Positions 38,268 to 49,889 of a stretch of DNA of 64,000 nt are shown here, piece by piece; position 1 is the stretch's first letter; each line of letters starts with the position of its first letter. The stretch covers positions 25,730,001 to 25,794,000 of the forward strand of contig NC_043014.1 of assembly GCF_006345805.1 (NCBI RefSeq). The letters run 5' to 3'. A program made the translations under genes and the position numbers. The notes beneath the pieces were generated by a model. The model ran no database searches and was not told where the DNA came from. It worked only from the letters and a program-made list of their open reading frames with translations. This stretch comes from Octopus sinensis. Its lineage: Eukaryota.

Positions 38268-38684
38268 CATCATCATCATCGTTTAACGTCCGTTCTCCAT
38301 GCCAGCATGGGTTGGACGGTTCGACCGGGGATCTGGGAAGCCAGAAGGCTGCACCAGGCTCCAGTCTTATCTGGCAATGTTTCTACAGCTGGATGCCCTT
38401 CCTAACGCCAACCACTCCGAGAGTGTAGTGGGTGCTTTTTACATGCCACCCGCACAGGTGCCAGGAGAGGCTGGCAACGGCCACGGTCGGATTGGTGCCA
38501 GTCGAGGCGGCTCTGGCATCGGCCACGATTCGGATAGTGCTTTTTACGTACCACCAGTCCAGGGGTCCTGGCATTTGCCGGGTGCCACACTTGCCCCAAC
38601 ATGTCTTCGCAAGCAAAGGGGGTTGGCGTGGGTGCCTGTCGTGGGATGAGGTTCGATATCAACTTCGCTTGCCTCAACAGGTCT
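38268..38684 (-). mobile_element. RTE 3' UTR fragment inside the left foldback arm
   Basis: (CAT)4 + cgtttaacgtccg..gcctcaacaggtc. Confidence 0.9.
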
Positions 38685-39263
38685 TTGTGTATAAATGTAT
38701 AAATTTTTCGCACTAAATTCTTTCCGTAGAATTTATCAAAAAACGCGCAAAATTATTCCGTAGAATTTATCAAATTAAAAAACGCAAAATTAATATATTT
38801 TTTGAAATTGCAAATTATTTAGAATATAAAACAAATTAAATTAAATTTTAAAAATAAATGTCATATACTTATACTCTGTAAGGTACTGTGTTCACACTTC
38901 AATTTACTATTTTCTAGAAATGTTGCTTTTCTAATTGAAACAATTTTTCTCAATCTCCATTTAAAAGTCCATAATGCCTCTTGAGCCATATCAAAATGAA
39001 CAACTTTGAATTACGTGGTGGTGGTGGTGTGAGGTTCTAATTTTTTTTCTGATCTCTCTTTGCCCCCTCTTTATCTCGGTTGTTCATTCCGCTAATATTT
39101 AGAAAAATTTTCGCGCCCAATTTTTGTTGTCGCGGGAAAAGATGAACGATTTAAAATAAATATATCTTAATTGTAGTGTGAGAAAGTATATATATTCTGA
39201 TGACAAAATATATTATCTTTCAAAAACATCCCAAATTTATAGACTATATCGCGTAGGTTTAAG

Positions 39264-39331
<68 letters not shown>

Positions 39332-39768
39332 AGAGAATGAAACATCTTTCATCTGTCTCCCCACCACACCTCCATCTAGGGGGGCAAAGAGAGATCAGAA
39401 AAAAAATTAGAACCTCACACCACCACCACCGCCGCCACGTAATTCAAAGTTGTTCATTTTGATATGGCTCAAGAGGCATTATGGACTTTTAAATGGAGAT
39501 TGAGAAAAATTGTTTCAATTAGAAAAGCAACATTTCTAGAAAATAGTAAATTGAAGTGTGAACACAGCACCTTACAGAGTATAAGTATATGACATTTATT
39601 TTTAAAATTTAATTTAATTTGTTTTATATTCTAAATAATTTGCAATTTCAAAAAATATATTAATTTTGCGTTTTTTAATTTGATAAATTCTACGGAATAA
39701 TTTTGCGCGTTTTTTGATAAATTCTACGGAAAGAATTTAGTGCGAAAAATTTATACATTTATACACAA

Positions 39769-40185
39769 AGACCTGTTGAGGCAAGCGAAGTTGATATCGA
39801 ACCTCATCCCACGACAGGCACCCACGCCAACCCCCTTTGCTTGCGAAGACATGTTGGGGCAAGTGTGGCACCCGGCAAATGCCAGGACCCCTGGACTGGT
39901 GGTACGTAAAAAGCACTATCCGAATCGTGGCCGATGCCAGAGCCGCCTCGACTGGCACCAATCCGACCGTGGCCGTTGCCAGCCTCTCCTGGCACCTGTG
40001 CGGGTGGCATGTAAAAAGCACCCACTACACTCTCGGAGTGGTTGGCGTTAGGAAGGGCATCCAGCTGTAGAAACATTGCCAGATAAGACTGGAGTCTGGT
40101 GCAGCCTTCTGGCTTCCCAGATCCCCGGTCGAACCGTCCAACCCATGCTGGCATGGAGAACGGACGTTAAACGATGATGATGATG
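39769..40185 (+). mobile_element. Mirror copy of the RTE 3' UTR fragment inside the right foldback arm
   Basis: Same boundaries as the left copy in mirror image (coordinates sum to 78453 at both ends). Confidence 0.9.
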
Positions 40186-42727
40186 AGAAGAAATTAATTC
40201 ATTAAGTTTACCAAATTATATACGTCTGTAAAAAAAAAAAAGTTTCACAAATTATATACGTTTGCGTTTGTGTAAAAAAAATTATTAACCAAGTTTTATA
40301 AATTATTTACTTTGTTCAAAAAATATTATTAATATTAATTAATTTTCAAGAATTATTTAATTTATATAATTAATTCATTAATTTTATTCTGTAAAATAGT
40401 AATTAATTCATTTATCTGTAAATCCGCGAGGAAAGCGACTATGTAATTTTTTTGTGTAAAATTGAAAATGTTATATATACACACACACACATATATATTT
40501 TTAGTGAAATCCAACACCTTTTTTTTTTAGGGGGGGGGGGTAACGCGCATGCGCGAATTCTGTACTGCGCATGCGCAAGTCACCTCGTAGGATCTCGAGT
40601 ATCGAGTACCTACGTCTGGCGCGCGCGCGCGCGCGAATTCGCGTTTGCGAAACCGGGACCACGACAATAGACAAGTACCTTGGATTTATTTACATTTGTG
40701 AAGAAAAGATACCCTTCCCCCACCCCTAACCCTAAAAGAGATTGAAATGCAATAGATCGATTCTAGGGTCATAATTATGGGTGACAATTTCATATGACAC
40801 CGCTAGAAAAAACTGCCGTTCAAACCGAAAAGATCCCATATTTCTATAAAATGTTGGGTGTGGCTGTGGGGGGAAATTCCGAGCTCCCCCCCCCAATAGT
40901 TTTGTGGCATATTAGGTCAGCATAAATTCATTCAACGAAAAAAAAATTCGACGCCAATATTCCAAACGCATTCGCTAGTTCGCATGCATAGGTGATTTGT
41001 AACCCAACGCATAAAATGAGTGTGGATGTGGTCTCTCCACATACTAGAAATAACAGACAAGTCACTGAAGTGTTGAACATACACATCCATTTCTTTTTTA
41101 TCTCTCGCATTTGATAACAGATAACCTGGTTTGGGAAAGAGGCCAAAAATGGGTGGTGTGCGTATTCTTTGCCACCGCCGTATTTAGTAATATGGAGACG
41201 CTTTTGGAGTTAAGAATCTACTCCATCTTCTATATTCTGATCATTACTTTCCTCCCCACTTGTTTCGTTATTTCGCCAACGTACTTTCACGATGAAAATG
41301 AAAGTTTTTCCCGCTCCCTTGCCCCCATCCACTTAATCATGATAAAAATTCAATGATTTAATTAAAAGAGAAACAAGAATTAAAACTTATTAATGCATCA
41401 TCCTAGTGAATGGCTGGGTGGTGACTTTGCTGTTATCCCTGGCATGTCGGACGACCATATTAAGGCCATCTGAATGTGGTGTGATCAATGTTTGTTATAG
41501 GAAGGGTACCCAATATACTTAGGTAGATTTGTGACACTTGAAAAAAAAGGATGGGCGATCTTTCGGAATTACTAGAAATAACAGCCAAGTCTTTTTTGAT
41601 TTTAATTACACATTAACTAATACAAAAACGGTTGTGAAAAAACATTTCATTTTTCAAAATTCCAATTCTTACATATACAAAAGTATATTCAATCGACTTT
41701 TAACTTTCATTTGTGCATGCAGCTATTTCAAGCAGTTCAATAAATAAGATTCAATAAAATAACGGAACTCGAGACTTTACTAGTCAATGTACATTTCTGA
41801 ATTCAACATAAAGGGCAAGTATTTACTTAATCAAGAAATGTGTTTTCCACGCTTACCATCTCATCAGTAATATAACTTGAGAAAAATGTATATACTGCCA
41901 TTCGCAGAGTATTTAAATGAAATTTAATATTTTTCCGTCACTTTAAGCTGAGAAATTACTCAACTAGAGACGTGTATCTCGGATAATGCAGTCCTATATT
42001 CATTATTGCATTAAGAGACGAGATAATCACAGATGCGGAACAATTACAAACGAAGCAGATTTCATTTCCCAAGTTCCTATATAAAAATTCTACTTGTATA
42101 CCGAACTTTGAAAATATTAACCATTTCATTTTTCTCCGAAAGCCGAACTCAACACACATGACATCGATTTTCTACCAACAGCCAGTTTTCTCATACTGTT
42201 TGCTTTCTTGCACGTTATTTCGTTAAGGTTAAGTAAACATTGTCTCACCAACAAATCTATGTTCTAGCAAAAAATTAAAACGGGCTGAAAAAGGTCTTAA
42301 TACGCTTTAATAGCCATCACTCGAGATAATGTTAACAAAAGAGGTGTCTCGACAAGATGATCAACAGACATGACTAAACAACTAAGATCTATAAAGGTAA
42401 TTTCTGACAACATTAATTTAGTTGATTTTATTACTACCCACAAGGGGCGAACATAGAGATGTGGGGTCAGACATACGGATGGTTTTTACAAAAAATCGGA
42501 TTTAAAAATAACATGAAATTACAAGAATATACACAAAATCGAATGATGAAACAACATTAATTTAGTTGGCGCCAAGAAATTCAAAACAAAACTTATCAGG
42601 TATCATGGGAAATTTGGATTTTTTTTTTGTAATCTCGTTATAACGAGAACGACAACAAGACCTAAAGAGAAAGGTAGGGGGAAAGTTACGTTCGTACGAG
42701 GTGTTGCAACTATAGTTGTAAGCAATT

Positions 42728-42757
42728 TTTGGCGCGAGACTGTGACTACTATATAAG
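42728..42757 (+). promoter_or_regulatory. H2A.X core promoter: E2F-like site and TATA box
   Basis: TTTGGCGC at 42728-42735 (E2F consensus TTTSSCGC) and TATATAAG at 42750-42757, about 50 bp upstream of the ATG. Confidence 0.7.
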
Positions 42758-42806
42758 TCTTGTTAGTAATTCAAATTGTTCATTTCTCTCTCGCACTTGA
42801 ACAACC

Positions 42807-43226
42807 ATGTCTGGACGAGGAAAAGGTGGAAAAGTTAAGGCGAAGCCTAAGACCCGTTCTTCGAAGGCTGGACTTCAATTCCCTGTTGGTCGAATCCATC
42901 GTTTGTTAAGAAAAGGCAACTATGCCCAACGTGTTGGTGCAGGAGCTCCTGTCTACTTGGCTGCCGTGATGGAGTATTTAGCTGCTGAGGTGCTCGAGTT
43001 GGCTGGCAACGCTGCTCGGGACAACAAAAAATCTCGAATCATCCCCCGTCACTTGCAGTTGGCTATCCGCAACGACGAAGAGCTGAATAAACTCTTGTCT
43101 GGTGTCACGATTGCTCAGGGCGGTGTTTTACCAAACATCCAAGCTGTCCTTCTTCCGAAGAAGTCTGCTGCCGCCGCTGTTTCCAAGAAGTCCGACAAGA
43201 AAGGGTCTCAATCTCAGGAATTTTAA
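42807..43226 (+). CDS. H2AX: Histone H2A variant H2A.X (139 aa, C-terminal SQEF), intronless
   Basis: Complete H2A fold ([59 protein letters not shown]) with an extended tail ending SQSQEF, the SQ(E/D)-hydrophobic PIKK motif that defines H2A.X. Confidence 0.96.
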   Translation: MSGRGKGGKVKAKPKTRSSKAGLQFPVGRIHRLLRKGNYAQRVGAGAPVYLAAVMEYLAAEVLELAGNAARDNKKSRIIPRHLQLAIRNDEELNKLLSGVTIAQGGVLPNIQAVLLPKKSAAAAVSKKSDKKGSQSQEF

Positions 43227-43282
43227 GATTCCATACGTCATCTCGTTTTTACTACTTTTTTTTATATTTTCATCTACCAAAC

Positions 43283-43298
43283 GGCCCTTTTAAGGGCC
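43283..43298 (+). terminator. Histone 3' stem-loop (SLBP-binding type)
   Basis: GGCCCT-TTTA-AGGGCC (6-bp stem, 4-nt loop) with A-rich flanks CAAAC and AACAA, 56 nt after the stop codon; HDE-like AAAGTCTG at 43314-43321. Confidence 0.9.
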
Positions 43299-45233
43299 AA
43301 CAAAGCCATCCGTAAAGTCTGACATTGTCTTCTGAATTCGTGCGATTTTCTTCAGATACATATGGTGTCCGCTTTGCTATCATTGTTAAATTCAGTTTGC
43401 ATCTAATTTTAATAACTCTGTGTTGACTTTTTAATAGTATTTTTTCTTTATATTAAAATTATCTTAATAATGTGGGATTTTGCTCTTATCTCAAAACTCT
43501 CCCTGAAAGAACAGTAGTGGTGTTGGTCTTCCTGTCCGTGTTTTGTTTCGAAAGTCTTTCTAAAGAATTCTTAATGGAGAGAGCAACAGTGGGTGATTCT
43601 CAAATGCTTTGTAACAGCATTGGAATGAAAAGATATTACTAAATTGTTTAGTAAATACTTTCTGCTGTATGTCATGGTCGTAAGATTCTTCATGCTTACT
43701 ACAGCTTTACGATATCGCGCTCCGTTTGTGGTTCGAGTAGGTTTAGACTATTTCGTACGAGGGCGAGCTTCAAAATTTTTTATTAATCCAACTTTAAAAT
43801 GTAACTTACACATACGTGAACATTTGCAGCACTCGTAATGAAAAGGACTGAAAGCTATCAGTGCCAAATTTTGAGGGAAGGGGTGCGGTCTAAATATAAA
43901 TTCTACATAATATGGATAGTAATGGTTGACCACATTGTTGCATAGGCAACGAAAGCAGAAACTTAGCTGGTTTTGACTTTTAGTGTATTCTTTTAAGCCT
44001 TAGAAACCAATTTAAATTTGAAAGTTTTCTACCTACTTTGTTAGGCAAAACAAAGATTACGCTGAATATTTTGGACTGCAAATCCGTACTTAAGAGGGAT
44101 AAGGGCCTGTTTTTGACCACAGTCGGCTCTGATCAAAGGCAAAAGTACTTCCCTCTGATCTTTAACATAGACAATACAACCTTGACTGCGTTATCCAGTG
44201 TAATCTAGAGATTTGACTGCTGTGGAGCAAGCGACTTAACTTTTGCCCTTCTATGATTTTATATTCAGTCAATTATCGGAACTACCATTTTCAGTGTTGC
44301 AAAGGTGATGGTTGTAGTATAGCTGTAGATAAATTGGAATTTCATACGCCGCGTCCACGTGATTTCTAGGATTGATCAAAGATATTTCTGTTATGACCAT
44401 CTCGTCTTGGTTCGTCTTAAAATGTACGTGTGCTTTAAGTGAGATTTTAGGGTAAAGTTTTACAATCAACTTTATTTACAGGGCCGTGTACATTTTTGAT
44501 GAAGCATTTAAGGTATATATTCCATAAACAACAAAGCCCTTCATCTTCCTCTCTCTCGTTTGTCTCCACTTGCTAATCTAAAATCGTCAATATTTTCTTA
44601 GTAAATCACATGGTTACAAATTCAATTCTACTGCTTGGTATCTTAAGTCTTCTATAACATCAGAATGTCTAATGCCAAGTAGTGACGTAGCTATTGGGGG
44701 ACAGACAGCTCCCTGGCGCCTTTTCAATTCGAGTTACCTATATCAGTAATTGTTTCATACATCTTGATTGTAACAAGATATAACAGAATTATGTCCCTTC
44801 AATTGCATATAGAAGTAGTTCAGATCTAAGATATAGATTAAAAGATCTGCTTGTTTTAATTATTATTGAAAACAGTATGACAATGACGTGTTTTACTGAA
44901 ACGTGAAATTAATTAATGTAGAATACAATTACGTATATTATAACTAATGAAACATCGCTTAATGTTAAGAGAAATAAGTTAATCGTTTGGTATGTCACGG
45001 CGCCCTTTTTTCTCGCTTTTTTTGCTCGCTTCTCCTAACTTTAGGACCTGACAACACCTTTGAAGCCATGTGTATCTGCGTTGTATTAACACTACTTATC
45101 AAAAGAAGTGTTAATCCTATAGATTAGATTAATCTGTACCAGTTTTAGAAATAAGTTTTGGGGTTGGTAAGATCGAAAAAATCCTATGGCTACAATGCAT
45201 AACAAAAAATCGGTGTGGATTGATAGATAGGTA

Positions 45234-45600
45234 CAGGTGCAGGTATGGCTGTGTGGTTAAGAAGCTTGCTTCCCAACAATGTGGTCTTGAGTCCAATTTC
45301 GCTGTAGCATCTTGGGTAGGTGTTTTTTACTATATTTCTAGGCCAACCAAAGGTGGGGTGGAAACTAAAAGAAACCTGTCAAACATGTATCCCTTTGTCT
45401 TCATATGTGATGGTGGTAAATGAGCATCAGTCATACAAGCAATGCTGCCCGTTTCCGGTGTTTCATGAAAGGTTTGTCTAACCATGGGGAAATATCTTGA
45501 AAACAGGTGAGGGATAGTAATAAGGCATTTGACTGCAAAAGAAAAAACTGCCTCAAATTGTCTAACCTATACAAACATCTAAAAGTGAACATTAAGCATT
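45234..45600 (+). mobile_element. SINE variant with RTE-type tail (as at 14948), decayed
   Basis: Same head; internal gtgatggtggtaaatgagc..tcatacaagc; tail aacctatacaaacatctaaaagtgaacattaa. Confidence 0.65.
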
Positions 45601-48600
45601 TATATAAAATCTCAACCTATTTTCAATGTGCAAGTTGTGGACGATGTGAATAATTTGGGCTGTGTGGTCAGTAGTGATGGCAGTCTAGAAAGTAATGTGA
45701 ACAGCAGAACTGGCAAAGCAGGGTTCATACTCGAATATATTCGCCAAATATGAGCAACAACAAACACCACTTCTGACATGATCTAATTATGTAATATGTA
45801 TGGAAAGTATCAACAAAGGCTGACAATGTAAACAGAAAGCCCTCAAAAATCACCTCGTAAAATTGAATTATGAATAAGGAAATCTCTCTGTGAAGCAAAT
45901 CCCAGCTTTTACAGAACACTGGGGTACTGCATTAGCTTTTCCTAGCAGACTATATCTTGTACCTGTCATCCACTTGGCATACTAAATCGTGGCAATAAGA
46001 AAGTGGTTATGTTCAAAATAGGGTTGATGGTTAATACAAAATGTTTCAGAATTCAAATATCTTACAAAGTGCATCAACATATTTCACTCCTGCTTGACAG
46101 GATTAAGGGGGGGGGGGCATAATGGGTCATTTGCTAGATTTTCATTATTTTTCTCCCAACTTCAAACCAGGAAGTATGAATAGTAGCCATTATGAATTGT
46201 ATCATCCTTCCTGCTAAAAAAAATTTGCACTCTTCCTGGTCACTTCTTTTCAAGCTCTTCATTCTGAATCACAGACTTCAGTCACTAAACCAACCAATTT
46301 TCAATTGTAAAATGAAACTTGAAACTTTGCTGTGCTGCAAGAAGTACTGCAGATTTGGATTTATGGTACTAAAGATATGTTCAGAGAATCTTTGCCTGTG
46401 TTTTATTGGATAATGGAAATTTCCTTGGAAATTCTGAAATTCAAGTAAATTTAAAAGCAGAGCATATTGGGTCACTTAAAGTATAGCTCATGGGCTTCTA
46501 TAAATAGAAGAAAAGAAGTAAGGAAGTATGAAAGTGTTTTAGCAGCATCTTTATATAATTATTGATATTTACACAGAATCAAGTTTGAGACAGAACATGC
46601 AGTGAAGAAGCAGCAAAAGTCTTAGAGTGGAAAGGAAGGAGGATTACTTGCTCCAAAATGGCAGAAAACAGGTAGTGCAGAATGTGACAATAATGATGGT
46701 TACCAGATAATGCATGTAATTCAGAGGAAGAGGACACTGAGTACTCCATCTGCAAGAGATGCTGAAACAGATAATGACATTTGGTTGCTGACCTTTGTGA
46801 TATTTATGTTTGCCCTAAGTGTATTCCAAGGTGTTCAGATGTTAAGCAAGAGCTCTGCAAGAAGCATACAACGTAATCTGGACTCCGTGTGTTGAATGGA
46901 AGACTTTATCATGACTAATTTAACTTTCAAAGTGACTGTTGTTCTGTAAACATTGTTTCTTTATTTTGATAAAGGTTGAGTTTTTTTTAACTTTGGATAT
47001 CACTCACATTACTTTATTGTTTGCAACAGTCACCCACAATTTGTCAGTTTTATCCAAATGTTGCTCTGTGTTTCATTCCATTTGTGAATGAATCATTATG
47101 TCTCACCAAATGTTGGAATTTCACATATTTACAGTAGTTCAAATATTGTTATGAATATATGAAACAAGCATTTAAAATTGTCTCCCATTCCATCGGAAAT
47201 GCTTATCAGAATCATGATGCATTTTTGCATGTTAATCCATGTTAACTGTTACATGCTGGTTTTTATTTGACACAATTTTCAAAATTTTGAAAAATTGATA
47301 CATTATGCCCCACATTCGCATTAAATGATGATGATATATGCATGTGTATTTTATAGCTCCAAGCAGGGGTGAAATACATATGTTAATGCACATTGTAAGA
47401 CATTTGAATTCTGAAACATTTCAACTTAATATCGATACCTGTTGTTACATGTTGCATGTTTATATAATCTAGTTACCTTTTGAATACTTTTTGATTCTAG
47501 GTTGAAAAAGAGTCAGCTTGTTTCCTTTAAATACATCAAGTTTCCAGAAGCACAACTTTGTCCTGGTATGATTTACTGTAGTCTGTACCATGAGTTGTTA
47601 ACATTATATTCTATTGATGATAATCATTGTCAACAATCAGTTGCTTCAGTGGAACCAATTTCAGCCTACCCACCAAAATATACTCCACTCAGAAGATTAT
47701 TTTTGTGGGGAGTAATATATTTTGTTTGCTTTGTGCTATGTCGTACTAAATTTACCCAAGTAAAGCTATAGTTGCATGTGTTCCTTTACATTCAGAAGTT
47801 TTATCAAGTTGACTAACCAATCTCTAGTTGTCATTTTAAAATCTTAACCAACATATAAAGTGTATGCAATTCTGCAACAATATTAATGACGTGACATCTC
47901 CAAATTGGGATGGGTTTTTTTTTCTTTTTTTAAGAATTGTATCAAACATTATTTGTAATTGTTCTTCTTGCATTGGTTGTTAAATTGCAATCTTTAATAA
48001 TATCTAGAATAACATTCAAAACTTGAGTGATTTTTGCATTTTGTTCATTATCAATATTTGTCAATTTATTTGATTTGCATGGGTTAGTATACCCTATTTA
48101 CCACTAAGTCACAACTGTATGTTTTCTTGCTGAAGATTTTCAACATGTTTAATTGTTCTGTGAAACAGTGCTGTCTGTTTTAAGTCCCTATAATATTATT
48201 AACCAGTATTATTAACTCTTGCCAGAAAGAGAATGAAATATTGATTCAGTATTTGGAACTGGATAGGAATTTGATCAAATTCTTTCATTTACACCTAGTT
48301 TCCATATATTCTGAGATCTCCATTTATTTTCACTTAGAGGGATCTTTTTTTAAAAAGGCCTTCATTAATTAGTTTCCTCAGCTTTGTTATAACTATTAGC
48401 TTTATCTGTATGACCTTAAGACAATACTTAAAAACAAGTCTTAAAACCTCTTTGTCTGTCCTTGAACTATCAATACTCATCACATCCATATCAAGCAATT
48501 CGTGATTTTTGCTTTATTCAAATATAACAGTACTCCCAGCATCTATACTCTCATAAACTTCCATTTATTTGTTAAACTTGCCTAAAATTATGATCCATCA

Positions 48601-49889
48601 AACTGATTTACTTTGAGATTACACTATCTTAATATGGACCGACCAGATTTGAATTACTATAGTTACCTGACTAGCAGTTGTCAACTGGCATTTTAAAGTC
48701 TACATTATTGAGTTTCACATTGATCACTGTCATTCTGTTTTACACCAATTTCATAAATACTTGCAAACTCTTCACTTTCAAATACCTCACTTTATTTTTG
48801 TGGATTTACATGCTGCCTTAAAAGTGTTTCTTTTTTAATATTTAAAACATTTTACTAAATGCAAATTATATTTGTTTCCATCAACACTGATATCAAGAAC
48901 ATACAATATATCTTCTTTACTTTTTTATTTGAAAATGAGAAACCATTTCAAGTTGTTGAATGAATTCAGTACATGCATTAAACTTCAGGTAATGTCATAT
49001 GCTTTTACACAATACTCAGATGATTGCATATAATGAATCTCATTTGAAAATCCCCAGCACATTGTCAATTTAGTTTCAGTTTTTTCAAATTCTCAAAAGG
49101 AGCTAATCACATAAGCTCTAAGAATAATTTTGAATTAACATGTTCAAGTCATGCTTTATTAAATTTTAAAAAATAATTTAAAGTTTATTAGGATTTTTTT
49201 CACCATAGTTTATCTTGGATATTCACCAATCTTTCAACAATTTCATATCCTCTGCACCTTAGCCACATGATTTTTTTAGTTCCAAGTGTTAGACGATTCT
49301 ACAAATATTTGGATAGTAAATTAACTTATATATAAATAATTTCTCTAACCAAAGTTTTCATAAAAGGTATGAAGAGTGGAATTAGGATGAGTAGGATTAT
49401 TAACTCATCCTAAACCGCATTTCTTTTATCTGGACCAAATCTATTCAGAAGACACTTTTACTGCAGTTACTTCCCTTGCAATAAACTGCGATTTGATACA
49501 GAAAAACGTATTTGGACATTAGTAACCAACACATATAAATATACACATACATTGCTTCTACGTTCGTTTTTCCATCGCATAGTGGTGCTTTATCTGATGG
49601 AAGTAATCTGTAGTTGGGCACATCGAAATTTTTATCATAGTTTTTTTTTTGTGTAATGGCAGGATGCCCTTCTTATCACTGGTCCCTCTTAAATTGTTGA
49701 TACCGCAATGATTTTTTTTATTTGCTTTGTTCTTAAAATTTTTATAAGAATTATATAACAACCTCATCATTTCCATATCACACGAGAACTTCAGTATTTA
49801 TTTTGTTTCATTACATATATATATATAATTGATGTACCCTAAGATTATCCTTTAGCTGTGCACATAATGTAAAAACGATTTTAGTAGGT

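Larger units (their letters stand above)
37779..40679. mobile_element. Non-autonomous foldback DNA element: ~1.3-kb inverted arms, ~310-bp spacer, 9-bp TSD
   Basis: Arms 37779-39068 and 39378-40679 are near-perfect reverse complements (mirrored identical ORFs 38299-38649 and 39804-40154); termini GGTACTTG / CAAGTACC; TSD TTGGATTTA at 37770-37778 and 40680-40688. Confidence 0.93.
37500..40836. mobile_element. GGATC-ended MITE (8-bp TSD, Merlin-like or hAT-like) hosting a foldback insertion
   Basis: TSD CATATTTC at 37492-37499 and 40837-40844; TIR GGATCTTTTCGGTTTGAACGGCAGTTTT; host halves 37500-37778 and 40689-40836 match the uninterrupted copy at 52283-52613. Superfamily is inferred. Confidence 0.88.

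Noticed and set aside
38299-40154. Duplicated ORFs of 77-116 aa on both strands
   Set aside because: They fall in the mirrored RTE 3' UTR fragments; similar spurious ORFs appear in every copy of that repeat.
37779-40679. Foldback as a pure assembly or chimeric-read artefact
   Set aside because: A 9-bp TSD confirmed by an empty-site paralogue, a unique spacer and real differences between the arms argue for a genuine insertion; long-read confirmation is still desirable.
43102-43293. Overlapping alternative-frame ORF in H2A.X
   Set aside because: Short, no recognisable features, expected by chance in GC-richer coding DNA.
40860-46000. Histone gene cluster or divergent H2B partner next to H2A.X
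   Set aside because: No H1, H2B, H3 or H4 sequence and no second stem-loop found on either strand.
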